In this document: piece after piece, positions 62,819 through 64,000 of the stretch
Numbering within the stretch: the stretch's first letter is position 1
Layout: every line of letters starts with the position of its first letter
Assembly: GCF_040938485.1 (NCBI RefSeq)
Contig: NW_027270978.1
Coordinates: 310,001 to 374,000 of the forward strand
From: Diadema antillarum
Lineage: Eukaryota
Length of the DNA: 64,000 bases
Direction of reading: 5' to 3'
Position numbers and translations under genes: made by a program
The notes under the pieces: generated by a model
Database searches by the model: none
Seen by the model: the letters and a program-made list of their open reading frames with translations, nothing else
Told to the model about the DNA's origin: nothing

Positions 62819-63340
62819 CTTGAAAACCACGCCTCCTCCTCGCTCGGCTTGCCAGTTGCCTTGATATGCAGGTGGTATTAAAGAAAAAATAATAATTCTA
62901 ATGCAAATTAAAAAACAGAAGATATCCATTTCATTTTGTTCAGTTAGATATTTACTATATTTTGATTAATATTAATGTTTTGGGCAATTACCTTCAAATG
63001 GGACAAAATCATCTCACTTTCCCATTCGATTGTCATGATTGTAAGTTGTGCATCATATCATATCATGCAGCGCACGCACGCAGCGCATGCAGCGCGCGCA
63101 TACGAGTGAATGAACGTACTGTACATACAAGTACCAGGGAGGTGCAATACGTGCACCTCCCTGGTACGTCGTACCATATACTGTAGTGTGGCTGTGAAAA
63201 TCAACTCGCAAGGATCCAGGAGGATCGAGACGCCCTAGAAATCGGCGACAGACCGTGAAACTTTTACGTGCTACGAACAGAAAGAATCGTGGGAGAATTT
63301 CAAACATTTTCTTCTTCGAACAGGGGAGATGCAGAAGAAG
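62819..63340. promoter_or_regulatory. Bidirectional promoter region between AUH and p38 MAPK
   Basis: Divergent ATGs about 520 nt apart; CpG-rich; NRF1-like GCGCATGC near 63083, YY1-like AAGATGGCG at the AUH start, perfect 16-bp palindrome at 63131-63167. Confidence 0.55.
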
Positions 63341-63480
63341 ATGTCTGCTTCCAATCCCAATGCTCCGCTGCCGTTGCCGCCGGGATATCATCGCATGGAA
63401 CTGAACAAAACCGAGTGGGAAGTCCCTGATCGGTACGTGCAGTTGGAGCCTGTGGGATCAGGCGCCTACGGACAAGTATG
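63341..63480 (+). CDS. MAPK14: p38 MAP kinase (MAPK14-like), coding exon 1
   Basis: [46 protein letters not shown]: the p38 ELNKTxWEVPxRY signature and Gly loop; donor TG|gtgagt (phase 2). An upstream in-frame ATG exists at 63329. Confidence 0.93.
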
Positions 63481-64000
63481 GTGAGTACAGTACATATGGA
63501 TATTTCTGCTGCTGCCGTCGAGTCTACACGGGACACCATGCACCACCACCAAGCACCACCCGTGCTGCATGCTGAGTGCTTCATAGTTCATGTCCAATGT
63601 AGCTGGCAGAAGCACTGTAAATTACTGTGCAGGGCAGGGGGGGGGGGCATGTTTGAATGGGTTGTTTTGGTTGTGTTGATTTATTGTTGTCTTGATTTAT
63701 CGCCTTCATAGGATAGATAAAACCTAAAACTTTCGGCTTGTAACGCCCTACAATGTACATCTTTGAAAACTGGGAGTGGGAGTATTAAAAAACCCCAGTT
63801 TTCAGCCAGCCTCCAATCCATGTTTATGGCTCCAGATTCCGGACACTTCCTTCACTTATCACAAGCCAGCAAATTCTACTGTCACAAAACATGCATATAA
63901 TTTCACATCATTTCACATAATAACTGGCACTCTCTTTCACAACAGCTAACAGGAAAGTACCTGAGCTGAGGGAAATGTTGCAATTATTTCAAAGTTAAGG

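Overview
Eukaryotic genomic DNA, AT-rich and intron-rich. The repeat types (poly-G/C tracts, Tsp/Helitron-like minisatellites, tRNA-SINE, many MITEs) suggest a marine invertebrate deuterostome, probably an echinoderm (inference). Left 45 kb: a rearranged CELSR/Flamingo adhesion-GPCR locus with three related first exons. Copy A (- strand) has the canonical large exon 1 (16086-18963) and exon 2 (5441-6205), and the rest of the gene lies left of the window. Copy B (- strand, 24757-25738) is an orphan miniaturised exon 1 upstream of A, with an intact phase-1 GT donor at the homologous position, so it may be an alternative first exon. Copy C (+ strand, 26379-45204) lies head-to-head with B. It is a diverged 14-exon paralog of about 1450 aa that lacks most of the prodomain, EC2-EC5 and part of EGF3, and it stops after the HormR domain with no GAIN/7TM exons visible. 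Its only clear lesions are a +1 T in a homopolymer and a GC donor. Right 15 kb: a complete AUH-like methylglutaconyl-CoA hydratase gene (- strand, 49480-62818) with two tandem 180-nt versions of the catalytic exon (candidate mutually exclusive exons), head-to-head with exon 1 of a p38 MAPK gene (63341-63480). Also present: a deleted DD41D-like mariner element, a minimal hammerhead ribozyme motif, MITEs and local tandem duplications. All alignments and counts were done by eye.
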